Source: Eremomyces bilateralis CBS 781.70 (taxonomy: Eukaryota). From it: a stretch of DNA of 64,000 nt. The position numbers and the translations under genes are program-made. Below the pieces are notes generated by a model. That model was given only the letters and a program-made list of their open reading frames with translations, ran no database searches and was not told the DNA's origin. Where the stretch lies: NCBI GenBank assembly GCA_010015585.1, contig ML975154.1; one strand, 5' to 3'. Positions 22,559 to 34,473 of this stretch are shown in pieces (position 1 is the first letter of the stretch; each line of letters opens with the position of its first letter).

Positions 22559-24559
22559 TTATGCGTGATATGGTCTAGGTGTCGTTCGAAGTCCGTGAGC
22601 CCGTTTCGCTTTTGGTGTGCTTTCTGCAGACTGTCCATCCGGAAATAACCCCTCCGCAAACTCCGAAGCAGTGCAAACTGCACCCCACGCTTGCCACAGC
22701 CCAGTGTCCGTCCATACACCGCCCCTACCTCCTCGATCATGGATCCCGCTAGTCGGCCCATACAAATTTTCAAGAAACGGGTTCGGGATCCCTCCGTTTG
22801 CCATGAGCTTCACTAATTCCATCCTCTCCTTCGCATAGCGGCTGCCGCCAAATCCGCGCTTCATATATTGCTCCAGGATGGCCCGTAGATGTGGATGGTA
22901 CCACATTCGCTCCCAGTCGTCAGGCTGCTCAGGGCCGGGGCGGTCGGCGGGAGAAGTGTTAATAATGGCGGGAACCGCCTTTGTGAAAGTGTTGGTTGCA
23001 AGTTCGAGAGCTGCCCAGGATGTGAGTGGATCTGGTTTAACGGGTGTCGTATCCGTGATCGAAGGATGCTCGTCGTCAGGAGTGGGAGGAGCGGGGTGAT
23101 CCTGCGGAGGCGAAAATGGTTTGATTAGGAGAGACTGGATGTCGTGTTCTCTGGCGATAATAGGGGTTTGAGGGATCAGGTTTGCGAAGGGTGGTTTGGA
23201 AGTACTGAGGGACGGCGGAAGGCTCAGTTCGTCTCCATTGATGAGAGTGTGCTCGATATAGGCAAGTTCTTCGGGAAAATCGGGTGAGACGGTTTGGAAC
23301 AGAGCGCCAGAATAGTCGAGGCCGATGGCCAGCTCGTAATCGACGTCCGGATTGAGCTGGGCGGGTTTGGGTGTCTCTATTTTCTCATGCCTATACTCAA
23401 ACGCGTTTTTCGATGGAAACAACCCTTCCATGAACGTACTCCAAGGAGAGCGTGTGCTAGCATGCCGGGATTGTTCTCGAGCCAACTCTTGCTGCCCAAA
23501 AAGTGAGGCAAACAGCATCTGATCAGATATTGAGAGCTCGCTATTGCGCTCAGCCCGGTCGACTGCCGCCTTCACCAGTGTTCGAATATGCCGAGCCGGT
23601 CCCATGAACATGGTCGAGTGTAAGAATCTCGGTGGTTTGTAAATTCCGTGGAAGTCCGCAACCACCGTCTTGTTCGCAATAGGACTGGGGAATTCCGGTG
23701 GCTCTGGGGCTGCAGCGCAGGCTAAATCCTCGATGGCATTCTCCTCGCAGGATTTGCTGGCTGCAAAAATCACCGACTGTGAGTACTTTGCGGCCGTTAA
23801 GCTGATTCCGCGCAACATCTTCTCCGGCCCGTATCTATCACGGCTTCTCGTGTTGCCTGCCTCCACTACTTGGCTGTACTGTTTCTTGAGAACATCTGGT
23901 GGTAATTGGAATAAGGAGTTGTGTCCATCAAGGATGAGTAACAAATCATTATCACGGATGCTCTTTTCTCTTTCAAAATACCGATGTAGTGCTTGTATTC
24001 GCGGTATTCCTGTGCCAGAATGGTTTGACGAGACATCGTCTGGAGGCGTTTCTATGGATGCGACCATCGTGAGAGGAGGGTAGTCCGCAGCGAATGAAGA
24101 GAGCATCTGCCTGCATTGCAAGACGTTCCGATCATTGCTTGTCACCAGAACATGTACTGGTCTGCTGTCTGATCTGTCTGGATATGTGGACTTGGACTTC
24201 CATTTTGATGTCGTAGATGAAGTCGTTGATGCATCGGCTGCGCTCAGAGTCGCTGCGGTGGGTTCTGGTGATAGGAAGTGCGGCATTTCGGTTTGGGTCC
24301 GAAGGAGGGTGTCGCGCATTTGCATTGAGCGCATCATGTCCGAGGGCGATGTATCCTTAAAACTCCAGTTAGCAAACATGGTTTTACTGACGCGATTCAA
24401 GTATGCCCTTACTCCTTCTGTCCAATGCACATATACGACGAGCAGCGTCACAAATGAAACGAGAATTAGTAGCCTCCCCGCTCGTCCGCCGAGCACCTGA
24501 AGAAGAGCAGGAAACAGGACATCGCTGCGGAGGACTGGAGATCGTGATCGCGATGCCAT
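22559..24559 (-). CDS. Type II membrane glycosyltransferase-like hypothetical protein
   Basis: Single long ORF with an N-terminal TM helix; DLLLILDGHNSLFQLP, VIFAASKSC, RFLHSTMFMG, SDQMLFASLFG and IGLDY motifs resemble a GT-A/PLOD-like fungal family. Confidence 0.7.
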   Translation of the reverse strand: MASRSRSPVLRSDVLFPALLQVLGGRAGRLLILVSFVTLLVVYVHWTEGVRAYLNRVSKTMFANWSFKDTSPSDMMRSMQMRDTLLRTQTEMPHFLSPEPTAATLSAADASTTSSTTSKWKSKSTYPDRSDSRPVHVLVTSNDRNVLQCRQMLSSFAADYPPLTMVASIETPPDDVSSNHSGTGIPRIQALHRYFEREKSIRDNDLLLILDGHNSLFQLPPDVLKKQYSQVVEAGNTRSRDRYGPEKMLRGISLTAAKYSQSVIFAASKSCEENAIEDLACAAAPEPPEFPSPIANKTVVADFHGIYKPPRFLHSTMFMGPARHIRTLVKAAVDRAERNSELSISDQMLFASLFGQQELAREQSRHASTRSPWSTFMEGLFPSKNAFEYRHEKIETPKPAQLNPDVDYELAIGLDYSGALFQTVSPDFPEELAYIEHTLINGDELSLPPSLSTSKPPFANLIPQTPIIAREHDIQSLLIKPFSPPQDHPAPPTPDDEHPSITDTTPVKPDPLTSWAALELATNTFTKAVPAIINTSPADRPGPEQPDDWERMWYHPHLRAILEQYMKRGFGGSRYAKERMELVKLMANGGIPNPFLENLYGPTSGIHDRGGRGGVWTDTGLWQAWGAVCTASEFAEGLFPDGQSAESTPKAKRAHGLRTTPRPYHA

Positions 24560-27494
24560 CTTTGCGAAAACCAAAGACCGAAACGTGAACTGCTCTCAGT
24601 ATGCCTCAGCGTGTTCTTATCTCCAGTGGCCTGCATTCAGGGTCGAGTTATTCAATAATGGCCATCCAGCAGCCTCATTAGCGCAATCACAATCAGATCT
24701 CAGCCAGCACAGTAGTTAAGCAAAGGAACTCGACCGATATCTCGAAATATACAGGAAAGAAAAACTTTTGCACATCCAGACATTCTTCGGTCCGGGAAGT
24801 GCAGACATGGGTCAAACGTCTGACGGTCAAGAAACCGGGTTTCATCATCGCAAAAACAATATACTTGCCGTAAGCCAGGCGATCCTTGGGGCTGATGAGC
24901 CAGTCTGAGGCGGTCATGAACGCCATCAATCAAACAACATTTGAAACCCAGGACTACCATGACCGAATACCATGTGGAATCAGCCGCACATGAGGCAACA
25001 TTCTGTTCAAAGCAGACATGATAGGTTCGAGGAGGTAGAAGTGGGATTGGAATTTCCTAAGAAAGCTACTATGGTGCCTCCGTAGTTTCAGGTTGATTGT
25101 CGAGGACTGCAGTTAATTTAATAGTATGCTAGACAAAGGTAAACCGCATCAGATGGTTGGTGAGTGATGATTGGCTGCAGCAGTAGGCCAGCAGCCCAAT
25201 AAGGCATTTATGTGGGGAACTACTGGCTCCTCCACACGCCCTTATCAGCAGCACGAGTGGCCTTGTTGAGGAGCTTCGGTCGGAGGTCTACAGTCTAGTC
25301 TACACATTTGGAAATCTGATCGACATTGGCTCCTTTACGGCCGATGCGCATGCGTTCGTTACTTGTCCTTATTATCTTAGAATAAATCGACAATGAAGCC
25401 GGCGGAAAATATCTCCATCCCACCTACCACTTCTACCATGACATCCTGCCACCCAAACCCCTATTTATCCTTTGGACGCATAGAAGAGAGTCTCGCTCTC
25501 TGAAGGGTTGCGGTCTCTTCATCCTATCTTTTAATGCCATGAAACTTCGGTTCTTGTCTGTCTTGCCATAAGGCGGAAGAAGCTACTTTTGACGCATGTT
25601 CCCAATCTCATCAATTAGGCTTTGCCATGCTGCACCGAGACCAGAGACCGGAGACCAGGAAGTGGAGGAATCGTCATCTTGATTCCATTGTGGCCAGTGG
25701 CTTCAAGTCTTCCATCTCCCGCTTCAGTCTCTACAGGTAGGATTCCCTTCAATCATTTGTGCCATGTCAGTGAAAGACAGATTGATGCATTTACGGTCAC
25801 ATGGCGGACCGAAGCCAGGACATGCACACTGTAGTCTGTTGAGGCCTCCTCTCCCTTGAATGCTTACAATGTTCAAGGCGATATCATGATGCTAATATAG
25901 GGATTATAAACAGCGCAGCTCAGATCAAGTTTGGCACTGCGCGTTGTGGGGTATCGCTGATAACAACCCCAAGCAACAAGCCCTTATCCGAACAGCCCGT
26001 CTTGTCCATTATCTCACAAGGACCTATGATACTTGCCTACCAATCTCAGGAGCCGGTTTCCTGCTTGACCTTGGCCTCGACGGGGAATTTCGAATGGTTC
26101 GCACAGATATCTATCCTTTGATAGCTTATCAAGCCCTAACCTGAGTGTCATCGCCGAGGCCCGCTGGGACTTGAGAACTATTCGCTATGGACATGGAGAG
26201 GTCCTATCACAAAGAAGTATCCGGGCCTTTATTGGACTTGTTATCGTTCGACTCGGGTTTGGGCCGGTACATTAAGAGCGTGGCCCAGGGCAACGTTACC
26301 AGTCGCCTAGGAAATGTCTCTCAGCGCCAAGAGCGAATTCGGATGAGCGAGTATATTGTCTTGCCTTGATCTAAAAGTTGAGTTGCTTTGCCGTCCCGTA
26401 AAATCCCTCTCGTTTCGTTTCGAAATTTATATGAGCTCTCCATGGGCATTTTCAGGCTTGTCAGACGCATCTCAGCTAAGCAACCGGCGAACCGAGATTA
26501 TCATTCTGTGGCATCGACCAACGTCTAGTTTTAAAATGGATGGTAGATTGGGTTTCCGCTCTGCTTATTTCATTTGTGGTACGGTTGAAGCAATATAGCT
26601 ATTCATACCCTGGCCGGGTTTTATATTGGGCGTCGAATCTGGTCATATCGTTCAACCTCATCTGCCTCTCCCCAAGTTCTGCACCGCCTTTTCGAAGTCG
26701 TTTTCGTTTATTTTTGCAGTAGTTCGAGTCATCTCTGCAAGGTTTTCAGCTGTCTCCCATTCCCAGTCGGCAGATCTCTCTATATCCGCGGTGGAGCAGA
26801 ACCCGCATACGAGGTGACATTATGCTTGCGGAAGAACGCCTTGACCTTTCCCCAGACCCTAGGGCAAGCATATTCGCAGATCATATTGACTTATTAGCCT
26901 CATCTACAAACCAGGATAGCAGGCGGCCCCAGATTCCTCCCATCCAGCCCTCTCACTAGCCATGGACCAGCGAACCTCTCCAAGCTCTGGATATCTCGCA
27001 TACACAGAATCTAAACATAAGGGTTTCAGATTTAACAGTCTTATTAAGGGGCAATCCATATGGTTCTCCCCATACCCCGCATCTTGACGTATACCACGCG
27101 TAACCCGGTCCAAGCTGATTGGGACAGCATAACACCAGCACCAGTTGGAGGCCAGAACATGCGCCACAAATCTCCGATATGGGGGACTAAACCCTGAGCT
27201 TCATATCGCTGGGCAGACCAATGTCATATACCTTCAATTGTACCCTCATCTTGGCCGAGCATTCCAACAAGTTTGTCAACGTCACGATTAACCCCGCGTA
27301 AAGTGTTCGGCTCGACCGTGTGAATTATGATGGACCGGAGATTCCCTTGGAATTGGAATACGAGATAGAAGAAGCATATAAAGAGCAATGGTCACCGCGT
27401 TTCAGTACTCGAAGCATCCCATCGACATCCTCAAGTCCAAGTCCTCCGCATCTTCATCAACAGATCCAGCTCTTCTGAACCCTCAATCACCACC

Positions 27495-28006
27495 ATGAAG
27501 CTCATCGCCACCATCGCCCTCCTCGCCCTGAGCGTCGTCGCTCACCCTCAGGTTACCGGCCCACCGGCCCCTGATCCCACCTGTGTCGTCGCCGACGCCG
27601 CTGCCGCCGTCCCCACCTGTGGTGTAAGTCCTTACCCCTCCTCCCTCCCTCCTCCCTCCATCCTCCCTCCATCCTCCCTAGTCCCTCCCATTACCACCAT
27701 ACCCACGCACCCACTAACCTTCACCAGTCTAACTGCATCAACTCCATCGGCATCTCCAGCCTCGGCTGCACCGCCTCCGACGACTACGGCTGCCTGTGCA
27801 CGCAGAACGCGGCCTTCTACTCCGCCGGCGTGGCGGGCTGCGTCGCCTCCGCTTGCACCAACGTGACCGAGTCCGCGGCGGTGGCGCCGTCCGCGGCGGC
27901 CGTCTGCGCGTGCGCTGGGTTCCCCTATACCGTCAGCGCGGTGCCGACCCCGGTGGCCACGCCTGCGACCGATGGACATGAGGCTATGCCGGGACATGAT
28001 CATTGA
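27495..28006 (+). CDS. Small secreted CFEM-domain protein (intron 27624-27727)
   Basis: Signal peptide, then VPTCG|SNCINSIGISSLGCTASDDYGCLCTQNAAFYSAGVAGCVASACTN...AAAVC, the CFEM eight-Cys spacing. Confidence 0.88.
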
Positions 28007-28712
28007 GTTAAAATAGCATGAGATGGCGTGTTGGGGTATGGACGAGGGCGGTTGGGTGAGACGGGCAGACGGGATGATGGGGGTGCGAGGGAAGGAGGAA
28101 AAGAAAATGTATATAGCGACAAAATATCACCTGTACATACCCAGATATGACACTTGAAGTGAATGCCGACTTGTCGGTGTTACCGAATCCATTGACTTCT
28201 TGCAAGATATATACATTGTGGCCCAACTGGATTATACATCCACTTCATTTTTACTGCATGCATGGTCTCAGGACAATGGTGCATAACATCAATGTAGTCC
28301 TGATACCATTTTCGCCATCGGTGGGCATCGACATGCTAGCCCCGTCTAGCGCCATAACCATGGCGCGAGACCGCTTCGCTGTATATGTACCTAGAACTCA
28401 TAAACGAAAAGCAGAAATACCGAGCCGTGCGACTGAGCAGAGGTATCTATGCCGAACCCAATCATACCAACGCCTTGCTGAAGATCTGCTCGCTCACTCG
28501 ACCTGAGTGATAAGACGGATCCCGACTCCCAGGATGAACGTCTTTGAGCACATGTTGACCAATCCCAAATGCATCCGGAAGACCATGAAACCAACAGCAG
28601 AACCATGTCCACATCCACAAATCATTGATCTGCCTTCACCTCTTTCTCCACCCGCCCACATCGGCGTCTCTTGTTCTTCCTGTTCGAACTTTCCTTCCAT
28701 TCCACCACTCAT

Positions 28713-31700
28713 CTACACCACCCCCCTCCCAAACGCCGCCACCACCTTTCCCCTCACCCCTGCAAACTCCTCTACCGCTTCCCGATGCTTCTCCTTCGCG
28801 ACATTCCAATGCGTACTCACCCTCTCATCCTCCTTCATCCCCCTCATATAGCTCTCGAACCCTCCTTCGCGCCCATCGCCCACCTGTCCCAGCCAGCTCG
28901 CCCTATGCGGCCCTTTCGAGATCTCGATCACATTCGCCAGCGCCGATTGCCGCGCCGCGAAGTGTCCGAGCATCGTGTTGTTGAAGTTCGACCACTCGCC
29001 CATGTACGCGCCCATCCGCTCGTAATATTGCGTCCAGCTGGATTGCGTGAGGTGAGGTGGTGGGGGGGGGGCGCGAGGTGGCGCGGGGAGGGAGAGGGGC
29101 AGTGTAGCGGTCGGCGCGGTCGGGTGGCTTGATGAGGGGCGGGAGGGGAACGGGAGCGTGGTGTTGAGGTCAGCGAGGCCTTCGAGGCCCGCCGTCGTGG
29201 TGAAAGGGGAGACGTTTTGCAGGTCGGCGAGGTTCACCGGCGGACGTCGGGATTTGGGGAGTTTCTTGCCGGTGCTCGTGCGGACGCTGGGTGGTGGACC
29301 GGGCGGCGGGGGTGGGAGGGGTTGGTCGACGGGAAAGCCCGAGCTGGTGGGTCGAGGAGATTGCTGGAGGGTTGGATGCGTTGAAGTGCCGTTCACCTGG
29401 TTCATGTAGGCTTGGTATGTTCGGTTTTTGACGTCGCTCCAGTCTGGTCGCTGGGTCGGTTGACTGACGAGCCGTGGTGCGCGCGCCGGAGTTGGTGATG
29501 CGGCGGTTGATCCAGATAGTTCTCGCGCGATGCCGTTGGGCATATGCATCTGCGGTTGCGGCGGCTGCGGCGTCATGAACGGCGGTTCGGTGTCGATGTC
29601 CATGGCATCCACGCTTGCACCACCACTACTTGTCCGACTTGCCCTTCCACCTTCCTCTTGTGCAGGCGTGGCGTCCGCGTGGTTCGCATTTACGCCTATC
29701 CCAATACCACCGCCTCCTAGCTCCTCATCTCTAACATCCTCCACGTTCGGTCCCTTTGCTCTCCTGTCATGCTCGCTCACCCGCCCATTTCTCGGCCCCT
29801 TCGTCGGACTACTCGGCTTCTTCTCCAACGAATCCGGTGGCTGGAAATCCCAACCCTTCGTCTCATTCCACAGCTCCGGCTTGAATCTCTTCTCGCCAGG
29901 CGCCGCTGGGAACTGTAGATTACCGCTTGGTGTGGTCCTCAATGGGGATTGAGGTACTGGCGGAATTGGCGGCGGTGGCATCTGAGCCGTTTCTGCCGGT
30001 TTCGGAGTCCCCGGCGCAGACGGACGTGATGCAGAGCGACTGCGTGTGGGGGACCTATGGGCGCTGGTGGTGCTGTCCTTTCGTACTTTCGGTGCCGTCG
30101 GAGGAGGCGCGAAGTAATCAGGATTACCTTCAAACTTACCGCTCCACTCAGACGGACTGAATGTCGTATTGATGCTCTCTTCGCTTCGAGCATGTCGCGC
30201 AGTGTCGGCGGGCCCGCGGGCGCTTTGGCTCTGCGAGAACGAAGGGATATTGAAGCTGTTGGGAGCAAAATTGTCAGCATCATTTACGGAGGGGTTGTTG
30301 TGATTTGAATTGTCGTCGAATTCCGGGAAATCGCTAGCAGGACTGTACGGAGCACGTTTAGAGAAGTTGAAGAAATCGAAGATGGATTGAAACGTTGACG
30401 AGTGATCCATAGGAGCTGCCGGAGTTTTGAATTGAGACGACGCATGCGAAGGAAGTTGATTTGACGTTGGCTTAGATTGAGACTTTGAAAGCGGAAATCC
30501 TGGAGCATAGTCATCCGGCCGGGGAGCGGGCTGGTTAGATCCGGGATATGTTTGGTCGGCCCTGAGTGCATCTCTGGCTGCTTGAGTGAAAACTTGGGCG
30601 AGATAGGGACTGGACAAAGACGCCGCATCCTCCAAGGTACGATAACCGACATCAGCATATTGCCTTGCCGAACTTCCCGAAGAAGCTGATTGCTGAGTCC
30701 GCAATCTATCAACGCCGATACCAACCTGTTCATACGCGTTGAATCGGGTCTTCTTGGTATTGCACTCCGGGGCATGTGGCGTCCCCTCACCTGCTGCACT
30801 CTCAGGCGGAAGAACAGTGCTTGGATACGCCCAGTCTGGGACATCGTTTTGCTTGTCCTGCTTGTCAGTGTTCCGGGAAACTCTGCTTGCAGCCCGTTTT
30901 ATGGACCCAAAGGGCCAGACGTTGTGCCAGGAACTCTCAGAACGCCTGGAACTCTTGGATGCCCGAGAGGCCCAGGATGCCCGGGATGCCGAACGCTTGT
31001 CTGAAGTTTGAGCTGACGCCTGCTGGTTAGGTGCGAAGCTGCTGCACGCAGATGGTCTCCTTGGCTTCTGCTGTCCAAACGCGAGAGGCCAGGTCGCACT
31101 GTTCTCCAAGCTTGAGATTCTCGGTGGCGGGCCAGGAAACGTATTCACGCTGGTTTGGGACATGTTCCTCTCCTCACCAATAACTCCAAACGGGGGTCCA
31201 TATCCGGGCGGTCCTGGGGTTTGCTGCGGGTGGTAATGATGCTGTTGATGCTGTTGATGTCCTCCTTGAACGGCTCCAGGCGGTAAAAAAGGATCACCAT
31301 GAGAAGCGGGATAAGAATAAACGCCAGCGAATGAACCAGAAGGGAAATTTGACGGACGAGAAGAAAACTTTGGACCAGAAGGAGATGCGAAATGTGTGTC
31401 ACTTAAGGAAGGGTTGTCGTACATCGGTTTGTTGCTCCCGGTTCCACCCTCCGAAGACGCTTGTCCTGGGACAGGCGCAGCACCTGCTGTTGGGCCACCG
31501 GGCATCGTTCCAGATCCCGCTTCGCCATTAGGCTTCGTTCCGCGTTTCCAGAAACCTCCGGGAGACGCCATCTTTCTCTCCGTGGCGTGGCCTTCGCTTT
31601 TCCGCCTCGCTGTCTCAGGGTCGGAGGAGCGACCGGCTCCGGGATGGACGTGGCGGGCGCCGGGACCGAGATTACTAGGGTAATCTGGTCCGGACGAGTC

Positions 31701-32890
31701 CTCGCTCGAAGTGCTGCTGTAGCTGGAGTATCTTGCACTTGGCGGGGGAGGCTTTTTGCGCGGTTGCGAGGCAGGTTTGGTCGGGATGGGATTATATGCA
31801 CTTCGTGCGCTGGGGCTAGCAGACCGATGCCGTGCTCGTGACTCCGGCGTCGCCTCTCGCGATGTCCTATCACTCGTGTCCGAGCTTACATGTGCCCTCC
31901 CTGGGCTTGCTCGCACACTTGAACTCCGCTTCATCCCCTCACCAAAAATGTTGAACTTCTCGCCTGGTTGGGAGGTATAAGGTGCACGAGGCCTATCCCT
32001 CCCTTCGGCGAATGGTGCCTCATCACTAGCATGCTGTGACCTCCCGCCAGCGAACGGATCTTCGGTTGATTTTCTTGAGGTAGGCGTAGCTGTCGCAGAT
32101 TTCGACGCCCCGAAACCAGTGGTCTTGGCAGCCGGGGGCGGAGGTGGCTGCTGTCGACTTGAAAATCGCGACTGCGTAAAATATGCGCTTCCTGAAGCTG
32201 GAGGTTCATCCTGCTTTGCTCGCGGATCAAACCCTCCCGGTTTGGGCACGCGTGTAGATGCCGATCGTCCAAACGATCCCCGTCTCGCATTCATACCCTC
32301 GTAGGCGGAAGTGTATGGTCTCGGGTCTGGGCGTGGCGGTGGAGGACGGGATGGTTGTTCGTGCGATTTGGCATGGTGCATATACGTCCATGCGTCTGCT
32401 CGAGCTTGCGCATCTTCCCTTGAGCCGGTCTTGGGTCTCGGGCCGGATCGAGGAGGGACGTTGAAGCTTTCGAAGCGGGATGCGCCTGCTGACGGACGAG
32501 TAGCGAAATCGGGACGTGGAGGCGGCCGTCGGGGATCGCCAGTAGTGTATGCGGAGTAGGGTTTTGGTCGAGCGGCGGTTGGAGCTCGTGCACCGAAGCC
32601 TAGTCTTCGTCGCTGCTCATCGTACTTTTGGCGGGACTCGGGATCACCGAGGATTTCGTGGGCGGCTTGGATGGCTTGGAATTTGGGGACGACGTCGACT
32701 TCACTGCCGCGGTTGCGGTCCGGGTGATATAATCGAGCTGGAGGGAGATGTCAGTCTGAGAATGGAATTGTCACCCGTCGTGGATAAACTTACCGAGCTC
32801 TCGATATGCCTTCTTGATCTGCTCTGAGTCGACATTGGAATTCAAGTTTAGATCCGCATAGTAATCGCGTTTGGGATCTCCCTTAACCAT
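28713..32890 (-). CDS. DnaJ-domain protein with long low-complexity region
   Basis: MVKGDPKRDYYADL...IKKAYREL|..LYHPDRN...KFQAIQAAHEILGDPESRQKYD (HPD motif), continuing into ORF 28713..32381. Confidence 0.88.
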
Positions 32891-34473
32891 GGTGCCGGTG
32901 AAGATATAAACAAAGGACGATGTTATTCATGGAACTCGCGGAAGAGAAAGACCGGCTGTCATGCAATTGAGCAGAAAGGGAGCCGTTCCGGGGAAGATAA
33001 TTCGACGGTGAGCGAGCGAAAGTCCGGTTGTAGTACAGGTGAATGCAACCGTTGCCCCGTGATGCAGGAACCGTCGAGGATGATCCAAATGCGTTCGATT
33101 TCCAGGCAACCAGAGCAATATCACAACACAGCAAGGTGAAAGCTTCAGCGTAGCAAGGTGACTTTCTCCAAAGCCCCGACCCCTTGGGCACCCTCTCCGC
33201 TCAAGGCGTGGCTATAAGATATTGTCGTCTGAGACTCCGCAAATCCAACGGCTCTAGAAATCGAGATAGAGAGTTCGCAGGTCACGGTTCGGTGGAGTGG
33301 TGAAACATGTCGAAGGACGTGATGTGTATCCATGCATTCGCTGCGGTAGAAGGTGTGATAGTAGGACCCGTGTTTGACTGAGATCTTCGGGTCCAATGCA
33401 GTTCGAAGTTAATACCTAGGCACTCAAAGAGGTGATATACGAGGAAGAAAAGAGTAATCGTCAGCGGTGGTGGAGGTTTACGGTGAGTGGTTGGAAGTTT
33501 GGAAAACGGTGAGATTTCTACCAGAGCAACGAATGGGCGTCGACCACATGCCCACCTTGTGATGATGATCTTGCATGTGTTCTCACCGCAGTGAATCAGT
33601 ATTATAATTTACATTGTAGCGATCAAGATTGTCTTAGATGAAGTGATGGTCTACTCTTTATTATATATTGGTATCAGATGTATCTCCCTGATATGGGCTT
33701 CTGCCTGCCATCCTACACGGCATATCACATTCAACCTCCAGAAGTCCCCCTCAGCTAATACCTGAATCCTGACTCCCGGATACGATACCCTGAAAACTTG
33801 AACAACAAAAGCAAGTAACGAGCGATCATCCCGGTTCGCTAAAGTGACGGAATACAGGGAATGGGATCGCCCGCTGACTCGCATAACCAAATCCCTTGCC
33901 GAACAGGCTCCCCTTTGGGCACTAAAACTGCAACTGGACCCCGCGAGAAGAGCCCCGTTGTAACTCGGTCCCAAGGTCGGAATAAGGGGTCTTCCTCTAC
34001 CAGATCAGATATCAAGATCACCACGTTCAGCGTGAGAAACTAATCAAACTTACAGATCACTGGCTCATCGCAGCCGCGTTTTCCGTACGACGGGAATCCG
34101 CGATACTGAATGTAAGACAAGCATCAAGGAAGCACCCGTCAAGCAAAGACACGAAGACGTCATTGGGGTTGCGCAGCGGGAGAATTCGGGGAAAGTCGCC
34201 ATCCATGCCGCTTCAGCCTTATGCTTAACATCCAACTACGACAAGGGGACAGAGGACCATAAGGACATTGGAAGAGAATAATGTCTGGGTGGCTGGAGAT
34301 GAAATAGGAAGTCTTTGTTCTATTTCATAGGGTTCGTCATTTCGACTTGGGTCCGACAGGTTTCTATGACCCGTCCAACTACAGGTACATACAAGAATAC
34401 CACCACCATAATAGGTCTATACAAAGTCCGCTCCAACCACCAACCAAGATGCCACCCACCCCTTCCGTTCCCC

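Noticed and set aside
25900..26820. Possible HET-domain or other gene relic (YQALT resembling YEALSY)
   Set aside because: The similarity is too short and the frames are full of stops.
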